Of a stretch of DNA of 64,000 nucleotides, positions 9,883 to 21,124 are shown one piece after another. Where the stretch lies: the IMG/VR virus record IMGVR_UViG_3300037258_001214, positions 1 to 64,000 of that record; one strand, written 5' to 3'. The notes beneath the pieces were generated by a model, which saw only the letters and a list, made by a program, of their open reading frames with translations, had not been told where the DNA came from and did not search any database. Origin of the DNA: a virus. Position numbers and translations under genes: made by a program. Each line of letters begins with the position of its first letter. Position 1 is the stretch's first letter.

Positions 9883-10089
9883 ATGGTTCTTGCCGTGCAT
9901 CACCTCGTGGGCTCCCAGGAGATCGGGGCCATGCTCGGCGTCAGCAGGCAGCGCGTCCAGCAGCTCATCTCCCGCGACGACTTCCCGGAGCCTGAGGTCA
10001 CGCTGGCTATGGGCAAGGTCTGGAAGCGGGCCGATGTGGAAGCCTGGGCGCGCGACCATGGCCGGGCTATCGCGGACGAGGCTGGCTGA
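9883..10089 (+). CDS. AlpA-like HTH regulator
   Basis: LVGSQEIGAMLGVSRQRVQQL...DFPEP...GKVWKRADVEAW. Confidence 0.8.
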   Translation: MVLAVHHLVGSQEIGAMLGVSRQRVQQLISRDDFPEPEVTLAMGKVWKRADVEAWARDHGRAIADEAG

Positions 10090-10103
10090 CCTGCGGGGGG
10101 CCA

Positions 10104-11363
10104 TCAGGACGGCCCCCCGCACTCGCCGCACAGGTACCCGTAACGGCCGTTGGCCCGGATCGTGTCGCCGGGCACGATGCCGGCACCGCAGGCCACGCAC
10201 TCGCCCGCGTACTGCGCCCCGAACCAGGCGCCGAGGCCGGCATCAGCTTCCCGGGCTCCCAGGGCTTCCTGCCTGGCTCTCGCCTCGGCGCCGTTGCAGT
10301 GCCCGCAGGACTCCACCAGCAGGTCGGTCAGATCGCAGCGGGCGGCCATCAGAACGCGGGCCCGCCCTGCTCGTCATCGCCACCAGCAGTCCCGGCCTCG
10401 ATCGCCCGCTGTTCCTGCATCCGCTGCCACTCGGCCTCGCGCCGGGCCCGGGCGGCGGCGGCCTTGACCGCCGACTCCCACTGCCCGCGCACGCTCGCCT
10501 CGGTCACCGGCCGTTCGGAGAACCACGCCGACGCCGCGTGCTCCACCCAGCCGAGCGGGTTGCCGCCCCACAGCTTCTCGGGCAGGTCGATGTGGTAGGC
10601 GGCCTGCCCGTGCTTGGTGACCTGGGTGACGTAGCCCGTGTACTCGATCCGGCCGAGAAAGGCGATCTCGGCCCAGTAGCCGCCGTCTGCCAGTTCCGGT
10701 TCCGCAGCGGGCCGGCTCTCCGCGTACGTGTCCAGCGCGTCGAGCAGCTCGTCTGCGGTAAGGCCTGTCACCTTCGATATCAGGTCCAGTTTCCTGGTGT
10801 TCTCCTGCTCGGCGGCTTCAGCGGTCACCATCTCGTCATCGGCCACGACGTGGCCCCCTTCCTCGGTTGCTGGCAGTTCAGGCGGCACGGCTTGCCTCGC
10901 GGACCCGGCGCCGCCTCTTGGCCTCGCGCCAGTACGCCCGGGCCGCGTCTGCGCAGTCGATGTCGATCAGCTCGCCGTGGTCCTCGTGATGGCGGAACGC
11001 CGCGTAGGTGCCGCACGGCTGGACCCGGTCCTCCGCCGGCTCGCCGAGCCATCCGGCTTCCCCGGCGCATCCCGCGACAGCGGCGACAGCAGCAGCCAGG
11101 AGCGTGTCCACCTCGGCAGCGAGGCGCAGGACCCCGACCGGGCGGCGATCGGACCGCCACGCCGGGGAGGCCCGCCAGGCCCGGGCCGCAGCGGCACGGG
11201 CCGCTTCCAGCCGCCACACCTGCTCCGTCACGCCGTCCAGGTCCCCGTCGCCGGCCCGGGCGAGGATGGCCTCGGCGCCTTCGAGGTCCCCGGAGTCCAT
11301 GCAGCGGATCAGGGCGGCGGCGGTACGGCGGCGGGCGGCGCCGATCCGTTCCTCGCGGGTCAT
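10104..11363 (-). CDS. Three hypothetical proteins (10104-10349, 10349-~10850, 10878-11363)
   Basis: Packed ORFs, Cys motifs in the first and third. Confidence 0.5.
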
Positions 11364-11762
11364 CGGGGCGCCGCCCCTGCCTGCTCCACGGCCGCCCCAG
11401 GGATCGCGAGCACCTTGAACAGGGCCGCCAGGATCGCCTCGTAAGCGTCGTACGCAGCGGCCTGGGCAGGCTGGCCGCGCAGTTCCTCGACACCCTGGCG
11501 GGCATAGACCGCCGCGTCTGCGGCTTCCTCGCGGAGATCCCGGAGCCAGTCCCGGCCGTTGTGCGCCTGCAGGACCGAGCCGTAGCGGTCGAGTCCGATC
11601 TGCTTCCGCTCGCGGAGGAGCGCGGCGGCTGCGTCGTTCTCAGCCCAGGAGACGTGGCACGCGCCCAGGTCCCCGATCACCAGGTCGTGCATGGACGGGC
11701 CGTCGTTCGGGACCGGGAGGAGGGGCTGGTCGCCGGGCCGCTGGCGTAGCTGCTCAGCCATC
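11360..11762 (-). CDS. Possible MazG-like nucleotide pyrophosphohydrolase
   Basis: ERKQIGLDRYG...NGRDWLRDLREEAADAAVY (EExxD helix). Confidence 0.5.
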
Positions 11763-12053
11763 ATCGGCCTGCCTCGCGGCCGGCTCGCCGGCCAGCCATT
11801 CCCGGCTGCGCTCGCTGTCCGGGGTCCGCACCCGATCAGGGTGCTCACGCTGCCAGGCCTTGACGGCCGCCTTGGTCCCCGCGATCAGGTCCAGGTGCCG
11901 CTGCGGGCTGCCGCCGTCGGCGCACGCCGCGGCGTAGAACTCCAGCAGCCGCGGTACGAAAGCGTCCCGCGCCCGGAACACGATGACCGGCTCGTCGTCC
12001 GGGATGTCACCGTGCTCGGTGGTGACTCGGCCGTACTTCAGGTCAAACGCCAT
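11754..12053 (-). CDS. Conserved phage hypothetical protein
   Basis: IPDDEPVIVFRARD motif. Confidence 0.6.
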   Translation of the reverse strand: MAFDLKYGRVTTEHGDIPDDEPVIVFRARDAFVPRLLEFYAAACADGGSPQRHLDLIAGTKAAVKAWQREHPDRVRTPDSERSREWLAGEPAARQADDG

Positions 12054-12729
12054 GGTGAGCCTCCTCTGGCTTCTTGTGGCACTCGTGCTCGCAAGGGGCA
12101 CCGACGCAGCTCGCGCACTTCCCGGCCCTGCAGTCCGGGTCGAGCAGCGGCCCGGTACCGATGGCCTCCAGCTCGTGCGGTGGCATCCCGGTCCACTGCC
12201 TCAGCACGAGCAGCAGGACCCTGGCCACCTCGGAGGCATCCAGCTGGCCGCCTTGCTCAGCCCAGGACTCGGCGTGGCGGATCACGTTGCCGATGGCGTG
12301 CTCTGCGTCGGGGAGGGTTTCCGGATCGGCAGCTGCGGGCTCGTAGGTGGCGGCGAAGAACCCCGGATCGCAGGTCCCGAACTCCCCCTTGGCGCTCTTG
12401 ATGATCCACCAGCCGGGGCGAGCAACCTTGTGCCTGTGGCCTTGAGGCGGCGGGACGATAACCCCCCAGTCGCAGGGGCTGACGAATGCGTAGCGCTCGC
12501 CCGGCATCGCGATCCCGCCGACGGAGTAGTCCCATACCGTGTCCTCGTCGTAGACGATGCCGCCGCACCACGCGGCCATCTCAGCGAGGTTGTGCGTCTG
12601 GACGCGACGCGCTTCGAGAGGCCCCACGGGCCTTGTCTGCCAAAGGGTCTCCTCGGTGCCGCCCGGAGCGGGCAGCCGGTCTCCCGGCTGCCCCTCCGCG
12701 ACCACGCCAGGCTCAGGCTGGCTGGCCAT
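12043..12729 (-). CDS. Conserved phage hypothetical protein
   Basis: PGWWIIKSAKGEFGTCDPGFFAATYE motif. Confidence 0.6.
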   Translation of the reverse strand: MASQPEPGVVAEGQPGDRLPAPGGTEETLWQTRPVGPLEARRVQTHNLAEMAAWCGGIVYDEDTVWDYSVGGIAMPGERYAFVSPCDWGVIVPPPQGHRHKVARPGWWIIKSAKGEFGTCDPGFFAATYEPAAADPETLPDAEHAIGNVIRHAESWAEQGGQLDASEVARVLLLVLRQWTGMPPHELEAIGTGPLLDPDCRAGKCASCVGAPCEHECHKKPEEAHHGV

Positions 12730-13579
12730 GCATCACCGTCACGCTGCACTCTTCGGCCAGCTTCGCGACGACCTTGGCGACCGCCTCGCGGGCCACGCGG
12801 GCCGGCTCGTTCATGAAGTAGCCGAGCGCCAGGGACTTGTCCTGGCCGATGCGGTACCGGAGCCGGACCGCCATCACGGCCGGCTCGATGTCCTCGTACG
12901 GGGCGATCAGCAGGTCGAACTCGTTCGGCATCTCGATCGTCCCGCGCTTAGCGTTCTGGCCGGTGGCCGTGATCTCCTCGATGTAGCTGAACTGGGTCTG
13001 CCCGGAGGAGACGCGCGCGCCGGCGGTGATCGCGACCTTGAGGGTGGCCTTGAAGTTCTGGGCCGTCTCCAGCAGGTCAGCGGACTGGATCTTCCCCGCC
13101 GGGTCAACGTCGCGGGCGTGCTCCTCGATGAACTCCGCGAACGCCTGCTGTCCCATGTAGTCGCGGTCCTTCGCGGTCCACTCCTGCCACGGCAGGGTGG
13201 GCACCAGGCCCAGGATCAGGCGGTGCTGCTGCCAGCGGGCACCCTCCCCAGCGGCCAGGCCGTCACCGTCCGCGTCATTGCCCCGGTGCGCGTCCAGGAC
13301 GGCGGTCACGGTCCCCTTGTCGAGGTCGGCGAACACCTCGGAGCCCTCGTCGGCGTGCTTGGCGTAGTACCGGGCGAAGCTGGCCACGTTCCGGACCGTG
13401 ACGATCCCGCCCTTGCGCTTCGGGAACTCGCGGTACTCGTCGCCGGTCAGGTCGATCTTCACGACCGCGCCGGTCGACGTGGTGAGCGCGTAGTAGTCGC
13501 CGGGATCCAGGCAGTGCGGCTTGGTCGCCTGGATGGCCAGGTCGCGCACGACCTCGGCAGTAGCGGTGTCTTCGGTCAT
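12713..13579 (-). CDS. DUF2303 / YfdQ-like protein
   Basis: 288 aa; VASFARY, AVLDAH, QQAFAEFIEEH, IAPYE, RLRYRI. Confidence 0.8.
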   Translation of the reverse strand: MTEDTATAEVVRDLAIQATKPHCLDPGDYYALTTSTGAVVKIDLTGDEYREFPKRKGGIVTVRNVASFARYYAKHADEGSEVFADLDKGTVTAVLDAHRGNDADGDGLAAGEGARWQQHRLILGLVPTLPWQEWTAKDRDYMGQQAFAEFIEEHARDVDPAGKIQSADLLETAQNFKATLKVAITAGARVSSGQTQFSYIEEITATGQNAKRGTIEMPNEFDLLIAPYEDIEPAVMAVRLRYRIGQDKSLALGYFMNEPARVAREAVAKVVAKLAEECSVTVMHGQPA

Positions 13580-13923
13580 CGGGTCACTCCTGGGATGTCC
13601 TCGTCGCGGAAGATCGGAAGGGTGTTCGGGTCGTTCCGGCTGAGGTTGCCGGTCTCATCGGGGTAGAAGATCGACGCGGGCATCTCGGGCTTCGGCGCCT
13701 TGAGGGTGACCTGGCCCGACACTTTCACGATGTCCTCGTTGCCCTTGAAGGGCTCGATCTTGACGGTCACGGTCACCGTGGCGGCTTTGCCGGTCTCCCG
13801 GACGGCGGTCACGCCCTCGGCGAGTTTCTGCGCGGCTTCGTCGGCGATGACGCCTTTGTTGACTTCGCTGAGCACGTCAGCGAACGGCCGCACATGGGCG
13901 GCCTGTCCGGTATCTGGTCCCAT
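13576..13923 (-). CDS. YfdP-like partner of the DUF2303 protein
   Basis: AVRETGKAATVTVTVKIEP...IFYPDETGNLSRNDP, directly upstream of DUF2303. Confidence 0.7.
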   Translation of the reverse strand: MGPDTGQAAHVRPFADVLSEVNKGVIADEAAQKLAEGVTAVRETGKAATVTVTVKIEPFKGNEDIVKVSGQVTLKAPKPEMPASIFYPDETGNLSRNDPNTLPIFRDEDIPGVTR

Positions 13924-14677
13924 TCCTGGGGTCCTTCCTGGTTGTTGGCGGTTAGCGGGTCAGGTGGTCTCGGGTTGCGTCATGAGGCTGAGCTGGCCAG
14001 CGGCTTCCTGCTCGGCCGGCGACGGCGGGGGCAGTCCGGCGCCCTCGGGCGCGTCCTCCGGGCAGAACACCAGGTCGCCGCGATAGGACCACTCCCAGGC
14101 CGCCATGGTCTCCTCGGCGTCCCGGCGCGAGGTGCAGTGGGCGATGTAGCCCTCGTCCTGCTCGTCGATGTGCTCTTCGCAGCCGTCGCAGCGGACCAGC
14201 CAGCACGGGGTGCCAAGCCGGCGTGGCTTCGGTCGGCCCGGACGGCAGCGGCTCAGCAGCCAGCGGAACTCGCGCCACCACACCCGGAGACGGTCATCGA
14301 AGATCCAGTCGCGGTCCTCGTCCCAGGTTTCGCGGATGGCTACCAGGGCTTCGGCGCGGGTGTCGTAGTGCGGGTCGCTGCCGTTGCAGCCGCGGGGCGG
14401 CTCCGGGATCACCGTCCAGCAGAGGTGCGGGAGCTGGTAGACGGTCATGGCGTTGCCCTCGTTTCGTCGCGGGTGATGCCGAGCGCCCGCTCGGCCGCTG
14501 CGGTCGCGGCCCTCTGCGCAGCCACCAGCGCCTTGCTGCCGAGACCCGCGCCACGGCCGTACGCGGCGTTGACAGCTCGCTGGAGCGGCTTGGGGACGAC
14601 GCTCCAGCACATCCGGCAGAGCAGCTTGGAGTCGTCGACAGCGGTCACCGGGCAGCCCGTCCGCGGGCACGGGTGGC

Positions 14678-15217
14678 TCATGACGCCACCCCATCCAGAT
14701 CGAACAGCTCGGCCTGCGCGGGCTTCTGGGCCAGACGGCGGGTCACATCGGCGATAGCGGCTTCAAGATTGTCCGCGATGCGCCGCAGCTTGGCCGGATC
14801 ATCGTGCGCGAAGCCGGCCATGTCATTGCAGGCACGACAGGCGATACCGCGGCGGCAGTAGCGACATGACCTGCTCGGCGGGCAGCAGCGGTGATCGTGG
14901 TCGACGTGCACCTCGCGCGGCTTGCCGAGGTCCAGCGGCTCATTGCACAGGTAGCAGAGACCGCACTGCCGGTCGAGCATCTCAAGCCATTCGGTCCTCA
15001 ACATGGCATGCCTGGGCAGATTGGCGTCACGCCAGCGGCGCTGAGCTTCTTTCCCCTGCTCGGGATGCGCCAGCCTGTAGGCGCGCGCCGCAGTGGCTAG
15101 CTTTTCGCGGTTGGCGGCCTTGTAGCGCAGGTTGACTTCCTTCGCCTTTTCCGGGTGCGCAGCCCGCCAGCGACGGGTGTATTCGCGTACCTTCTCGCGC
15201 CTTTCCTCGGGCGTCAT
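14678..15217 (-). CDS. Endonuclease VII-like (HNH) protein
   Basis: QCGLCYLC...VHVDHDH...RGIACRACN; Arg-rich helical N-terminus; lower GC than neighbours. Confidence 0.85.
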   Translation of the reverse strand: MTPEERREKVREYTRRWRAAHPEKAKEVNLRYKAANREKLATAARAYRLAHPEQGKEAQRRWRDANLPRHAMLRTEWLEMLDRQCGLCYLCNEPLDLGKPREVHVDHDHRCCPPSRSCRYCRRGIACRACNDMAGFAHDDPAKLRRIADNLEAAIADVTRRLAQKPAQAELFDLDGVAS

Positions 15218-16478
15218 TTCACTATCTCCATTTGGCGACGTGGAGCCACCGCCACCAGATCGGCTGGTGGGACCGGTAGGCGCGGGTCTGTCCGCACATG
15301 CACGGCGGCACGCGGGTGGTGGCGCGCGGGTCCGGGTCGTAGCGGTGGGGTTTCGTAGCGTCAGGCACGAGCGGCCTCCTCCGGCCGGGTATGGGCGAGC
15401 TGGTGGACGTGCTCCCGGCCGCGCCACTCGCGCTCGCCGGGCTCCTCGCCGTCCGCCAGGCGCCGGCACGCCAGGGTGCCGTCAGGAAGCTGGCGGACGG
15501 CGAGGTCTCCGTCAGGTGCGCCGGCTGAACCCCGGTCGATGTCGGTCTCGGGGGCGCCGGAGTCCAGCGGGAACGGGGTGGCGCCTGCGACCGGGGCACC
15601 GCACGTGTGGCATTCGCCCAGCGGGCACGGGCACAGCGGCCGGGAGCCGCACGCGCGCGCGGTCACTGCGCCGGTCGGCGGGTCCAGCAGCAGCCACGCC
15701 TTGGCGGGCCCCTTGCGGGGGCAGGTGTCGCGGTGGAAGGCGTGCCCGCAGCCGTCGCACCTCCGCCCGGCGGTCACGCCGCACCGTCCTGGCGGGCGGG
15801 GCGGTTCAGGAGCTGCTCGCGGGCCTGGGCCGCCCGGTCGGTCCACGCCGGCGTCCTGCTCTCCGCCGACCGGAACGGGTCCGCCGTCGCGGCCTTCAGG
15901 TCGAACGGGGACGCGTCGGCGTTGCGCATCAGCCGCACCGTCTCGGCCAGGGTGCGGTCCCACGTCCACCCGGCGTTCTTGGCGGCGAAGATGGCGTTGG
16001 CGAGCACCTCGTGATCCCAGTGCGGGCGCATCACCCTGGCCAGGGCCACCAGCTCATCAGGGGCGGCGCAGATGTCAGGTTCGGTCATGACGTGCCTCCG
16101 CATCGTCTGGGCGGGTGAGCCCGAGCGCCTCGCGGGCCCTGGCCGCTCCCTGCCTCGCGGCGTCCGGGCCCGGGGTCACGCCGGACTGGAACGGGCAGCT
16201 TCCCGGCTGGTGACGGTGCCCGCACGCCTGGTGCAGCGGCAGGCGCTTGCCGATCCTGCCGGTGTCGGGCTGGCGGCCGGGTGCCCGGTTGTCGGTGATG
16301 GCCAGGTACTTCTGGTAGATCACCGCGGCGTCCGAGGCGCGGTACTGGCCGCAGGGACCGCCGAGCGCCCGCATGACCGCGATGTCCTCGGGGCTGGTGC
16401 CGGGCGGGTACTGGTGGTCGCGTTCCGGCTGGCCGCACTCGCCGCACGCCTCGATCGCCCGGCGCTTGCGGGCGTCCA

Positions 16479-17078
16479 TCACGACGCCTCCCGGAGGGGG
16501 TGGCAGGACGGGCACCGGCCGGGACTGTCGCCGTCCACGCCGGTCATGCGGGTGTTCTCGTCGCACCGGCCGCACCACGGCGGCCGGCGGGGGGCGCCGC
16601 CTGCGCCGTAGCGCGCAGCGCGGGCGGGCGCCCCCTTCCTTCCCGTAAGGGAAGGGGGAAGGGCATCGTCTTTTAGACCGTCTCTAGACGCTTCATGAGA
16701 CGGTCTATCGACGCGTCTTGAGACGCGTCTCTGCTCTGAACTGATGTTTCGTGTCTTCTCCAGCCATCGTTGCTGGCGCTTCTGCTTCATCTCCCGTTCC
16801 GCGAGCACCCGCTCGCGGGTCGGGTTGCCGTGCGCGAAATACCGCGGCATGTTGAACGACCGACCACCCGGTTCGGTCTCCCAGAGGCCGGCGCCAAGCA
16901 GCTTCTTAATCCACTCCGGGGTGCCGTACTGGGAAGCGATCTCTGTCGGGACATGCCCGTCGAGAAGATGCTCCGCCACGTACGTACCGCACCGGACGTA
17001 GAGCCCGAACGCTGCCGTGCCGGCCCGGACGATCGCCGGGTCATCGTGAAAATCGTCGTCCACCTGGAACCGGGGCAC
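16479..17078 (-). CDS. Putative replication initiator
   Basis: PRFQVDDDFHDDP...AAFGLYVRCG..Y N-terminus typical of actinophage replication proteins; internal DNA repeats; C-terminal CxxC pairs. Confidence 0.65.
   Translation of the reverse strand: MPRFQVDDDFHDDPAIVRAGTAAFGLYVRCGTYVAEHLLDGHVPTEIASQYGTPEWIKKLLGAGLWETEPGGRSFNMPRYFAHGNPTRERVLAEREMKQKRQQRWLEKTRNISSEQRRVSRRVDRPSHEASRDGLKDDALPPSLTGRKGAPARAARYGAGGAPRRPPWCGRCDENTRMTGVDGDSPGRCPSCHPLREAS
16675..16730. repeat. Iteron-like array AGACnn(n)TCT, 5 copies at 11-12 bp period (putative ori)
   Basis: Copies start at 16675, 16686, 16698, 16709, 16721; adjacent inverted repeat at 16631-16658. Confidence 0.65.
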
Positions 17079-17145
17079 GTCTAGCCCCCGTCCCGGTAGC
17101 GCGAGTAGAACGGCACCTGTCACCTTCATCAAGCCTTCGTGCGGG

Positions 17146-17679
17146 TCAGTAGTTCGCTGGTGCGCGGCGCGATGGCCGCTGGGTATGGCGTAGGCGGGTG
17201 AGCTGCTCTCCGCAGCACACGCATCCCTCGTCGTCATCGGCCCCGCCTGGCCAGCGGCGGAACACGTACGCGCCCTGGACCTGGGTCAGCCCGGCCCGCG
17301 ACGGATGCGGATCCCACACCACCCGCCCGCCCTCCCCGGCCACCGCGTGCCGCCCGGCCGGCCGCGGGCTGGTCCCGATGACCACGCACCGCTCATCCGG
17401 CAGGCCGAGGCTGGCCGGTACCCAGCGCCAGTCCAGGGACCGGCCCCGGAGCCACAGGCGGGCCGCCGCGTCCCACCAGGTGAACGCGCCGAAGTGAGGG
17501 ACGGCATCAAGGTCCAGGCCGAGTGCGGACGCCATAGCGGCCTGGAGGCAGTTGCCGTAGACCTCGAGCGCTTCGTGCTCGGGACTCCAGAGGATCGTCT
17601 GCGTGACCTCCCGCAGCGGCCGGCCGTCCATCACGCCGAGCCACGCCGTGGCGGGGAGGTCCCAGGTATGGCCGCCCAT
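17146..17679 (-). CDS. Hypothetical protein, possible papain-like fold
   Basis: GNCLQAAMAS ... RHAV ... WDPHP spacing. Confidence 0.45.
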   Translation of the reverse strand: MGGHTWDLPATAWLGVMDGRPLREVTQTILWSPEHEALEVYGNCLQAAMASALGLDLDAVPHFGAFTWWDAAARLWLRGRSLDWRWVPASLGLPDERCVVIGTSPRPAGRHAVAGEGGRVVWDPHPSRAGLTQVQGAYVFRRWPGGADDDEGCVCCGEQLTRLRHTQRPSRRAPANY

Positions 17680-19481
17680 CACAGCACCGCCGCGATCGCC
17701 CGGCCGAGCCAGTTGGCCACATTCGCCGAGACCGCGTTCCCCGCCTGCATGGTCTGCTCGCCCTGGTTGCCCTTGACGATGTAGGAGTCGGGGAACCGCT
17801 GGGCCCGCAGGTGCTCCCGCGGCTTGAGCATCCGCAGGCGGCACTCCAGGACGTCGGCGAGGTCGTCGGGCTGGACTAGCGCGCCGGAGTCCCTGGTGGC
17901 CATCGTGTGCAGCGGCTCAGCGGTCGACGTGGCCCGCGACCGCCTGCCCCGGTAGGGGACGACCAGCGCGTGATGATCGTGCGCGGTGATCGCGCCGACC
18001 GGACCGTCGACCGGCATGACGTTGTGCTCGGGTGAGCAGTAGCCGCCATAGTTCTTCAGCAGGAACGGCGGGACGGTCAGCCAGTGGTGCCCGTAGGTCG
18101 CAATGGTCGACACCGGCTGGTCGACTCCCATGGCGGTCTGGTTGTTCCGCAGGACCGTGAGGAACGGCGGCGTCACGAGCGCGTCGGTGTCCCGTACGAC
18201 GCGGGTCCGGAACGGCTCATCGGTTGCGGTCGGCTCCGAGGTCCGGTTGTACCCGCCGAGCGGCAGGACCAGGCCGTGGTTCCGGCCGGTGGTCACCGTT
18301 GCCAGGGGCTCGTCAACACCCCGCGGGGCGTTGTGAGGGCCGCGGAGCATCGCGAAGAACGGCGGGGTGGCCAGGGCCTGCCCGCTGGTGCAGTTCCGGG
18401 CACCCATCGGCCTGTCATGGACCGGCCAGGCGCGGACATAACCCGAGCCGGGCCGCTCGTAGGTGTTGCCGCCGACGGCCACGATAAATGGCGGCGTGGA
18501 GAGGGCCTCGTCGCGCGTCGTCGTGACGGTGCTGAGCGGCGACCCGAACGCGGGCCGGGCGCGGACGTAGGCTGAGCCGGCCGGGTCCTGGGCGTTGGCC
18601 CGGACGATGGCAGGCTGCGGGCCGAACATCTCCAGCCCGGCGCGGATCCGCTTGATCGTGTTCGCCGCCAGCGGCCGTTTCCGGTCCCCGATCCGCGTGC
18701 CGAGGTCAGACCAGTCGATCGCGGCCGCGGCGGGCAGCACGAACGGCTCAGCCTGAGCGTGACCGCAGCTGGTGTTCGGGCAGGCGTAGATGTACTGCCG
18801 GCCGTACTTGCCGATCTTCGGCGCGCCCGGCCGCTTCCACGCCTGGAACGCCTGCACGGCTTCCTCGCACTTCCAGCACCACGCCAGCGGCCGGGGCGAC
18901 ACGTCCGGCAGCGGGATGCCCTTCCTGGTGAACACGACGTACAGCCGGTCCCGCCACTGCGGGGCGAACGGGTTGTCATCACCGCCGACGTGGGCGGAGG
19001 AGACGCTGACGAGCTGGTAGTTGTAGCCGAGCAGGACCATCCCGCCGAGCCACCAGTCCCACAACTCCCAGTCCGCGGCCTCGGTGACGTTCTCCACGAT
19101 CACCGCGTCGTACCGGTGGACCTCGGCCGCGCGGATCACGTCGTGGAACGTCGCGCGGGTCCGCTCCATCCCGGCGCCGGGCACGTGGCCGGATTCCTCA
19201 AGCAGGTCGAGCTGGCCCTTCGGCCGCCGCTTCCGCCCGCCCGCGGGGCTGTTCTCGGTGCAGATCGGGCTGGCCCACAGGATGCGGGTGCGGGGCAGCC
19301 GGCGCATGTCGTAGTTGGAGACGTCGGCGCACAGGTGCTCGGCGTCGCGGAAGTTCGCCGAGTGGGTCTCGATCGCACGGTCCCAGTGGTTGGCCGCGAG
19401 CTTCAGTTCGAGGCCCGCCTCGGACAGGCCGATCGAGGATCCGCCGGCCCCGCAGAAGATGTCCGTGTAGTCCAGGCTCAT
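17679..19481 (-). CDS. DNA (cytosine-5) methyltransferase
   Basis: DIFCGAGG (motif I), WASPIC (IV), VENV (VI), QWRDR (VIII), QAGNAV (X); long repetitive variable region. Confidence 0.92.
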   Translation of the reverse strand: MSLDYTDIFCGAGGSSIGLSEAGLELKLAANHWDRAIETHSANFRDAEHLCADVSNYDMRRLPRTRILWASPICTENSPAGGRKRRPKGQLDLLEESGHVPGAGMERTRATFHDVIRAAEVHRYDAVIVENVTEAADWELWDWWLGGMVLLGYNYQLVSVSSAHVGGDDNPFAPQWRDRLYVVFTRKGIPLPDVSPRPLAWCWKCEEAVQAFQAWKRPGAPKIGKYGRQYIYACPNTSCGHAQAEPFVLPAAAAIDWSDLGTRIGDRKRPLAANTIKRIRAGLEMFGPQPAIVRANAQDPAGSAYVRARPAFGSPLSTVTTTRDEALSTPPFIVAVGGNTYERPGSGYVRAWPVHDRPMGARNCTSGQALATPPFFAMLRGPHNAPRGVDEPLATVTTGRNHGLVLPLGGYNRTSEPTATDEPFRTRVVRDTDALVTPPFLTVLRNNQTAMGVDQPVSTIATYGHHWLTVPPFLLKNYGGYCSPEHNVMPVDGPVGAITAHDHHALVVPYRGRRSRATSTAEPLHTMATRDSGALVQPDDLADVLECRLRMLKPREHLRAQRFPDSYIVKGNQGEQTMQAGNAVSANVANWLGRAIAAVL

Positions 19482-20088
19482 GCCGCCTTACCCGCCTCTC
19501 CGAACAGCCACAACTGGACCTCGCCCAGCGGCCTGACGATCTGCCGGCCGCCGATACAAGGCCCCCACTCGGCTACCGGGTGAGGGTGGGGGGCGAGACG
19601 GACCTTGTCCCGGTACGGTTCGGGTGCCGGGGTGGCGGGGATGGTCTGGCCGCAGCCGGAGCAGTGGCCGGACAGGCTCTCGGTCACGCCGCACCTCGAT
19701 CGGCAGCGGCCAGCGCGCGCCGCTCGGCCAGGACCGCGGACACCTGCTCGTCTCCCGCGGCGACTTCGGCGGCGAACTCCTCCGCGCTGACCTGGCGGCC
19801 GGACGGCCGGATCATGTCACCGAGCGCGGCCGCGCATCCTGCGCACGGCTCGCGCGGGTCGGCGACCGGGTTCTGGCGGCAGGCCGGGCACCGGTGCTCA
19901 GAACAGGGCATCGCAGGCCGTCCCCTCGCTGCGCTCTGCGCGGATCCGCGCCGCGGCCTCGGCTGTCACAAGCTCGCCCAGCTCAACCCGACGCCCGCAC
20001 CCCGCTCCCGTGCACCGGTAGAAGCCCATGTAGTGCACCTGGGCACCGTCGTCCGGGCAGTAGTAGGCCGGCTCCGGCCGTCTTGCGC

Positions 20089-20742
20089 TCATGCCACGGC
20101 TCCGAACAGCGCGAGTTGCCCGTGGATCTCGCGGAGCCAGCCGAGCATCTGGGTCAGGTTCTTATCCGGGCCCCGGGTCATCCCGGTCCCGTCAGCAGAG
20201 TCACAGCCGATGTGGGCCGCGTAGCGGAGCCGCTGGCGGGTGTTGACCCGGCCCATGTGGACCCGCTTGCCGCGTGCGTGCGCCTCAGCGGCCAGGGTCG
20301 CGGCGGCAGGCCCTAGCTTCCACTCGGTCGAGCCGCCGAGGAACAGGACGTCGAACCACGTCCACGGCACGTCCAGCCGCTCCAGGCCGTCCTGGGCGAC
20401 GAGCGCGACGGGCAGGCCGAACCACGCGCGGATCCGGTACACGAACCTGGCCGACCGCTCCAGGGTGGCGGCGGCGTCGCCGAGCACGTCCGGCGCCGCC
20501 GCGAACAGGCACCGCGTCCTGGCCCGGGCCGACATCCGCGACAGCATCTCGAGGTACGCCCGGTCGCCCGGGTAGCCGGTCCCCGGCTGGCCGTCCGCGC
20601 CCGGGCCGCAGCCGTTGTCGATGCAGAACGCCGCGCCCGGGGGAAGCTTGTTGCCCTGGGCCGGCGTCAGGATCGCGCCGAGGCGGCTGCCGGTCATCTC
20701 CGCGCGGATCGCGGCGGTGGACGGGTTAGCCAGGTACAGCAT
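20089..20742 (-). CDS. TIM-barrel protein, possibly TGT/DpdA-like
   Basis: IDNG, APDVLGD, VAQDG, FLGG, VHMGRVN, DSADGT motif order resembles tRNA-guanine transglycosylase-like proteins. Confidence 0.45.
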   Translation of the reverse strand: MLYLANPSTAAIRAEMTGSRLGAILTPAQGNKLPPGAAFCIDNGCGPGADGQPGTGYPGDRAYLEMLSRMSARARTRCLFAAAPDVLGDAAATLERSARFVYRIRAWFGLPVALVAQDGLERLDVPWTWFDVLFLGGSTEWKLGPAAATLAAEAHARGKRVHMGRVNTRQRLRYAAHIGCDSADGTGMTRGPDKNLTQMLGWLREIHGQLALFGAVA

Positions 20743-21124
20743 CACGACCCCGCACCGCCCCTCCGGTTCTGTCCCGCCCCGTACTCCGGTCCCGCACCCC
20801 GCCGCGCCCGGCGTCCCGGAGTGCCCCGCTGCCCGGCCGCACGGGCCGACCTGGCCGCCTTCCACTGGCGGCGGAACTCCTCGCCGCCAAGTCCCTGGCC
20901 GGGCCGCGCCTGCTCACCAGAAGCGCGGCCCGGCTCAGGGTTCCCGGTGTCCCGCGGGGCCCGTTCGCCGCCTGCTGGACCGGGGCTTGAGGCGCCCCCG
21001 CCGGCGCTGGGGGGGAGAGCGCTCGGCGGGGGCGGTGAACCCGCAGCGACGGGGGGGAGGTCGCTTGCGGGCCGCGCGGGGGCTACGGGGGCAAGCCCGG
21101 CCGCGCAGTCTGGGGGGATGGGGG

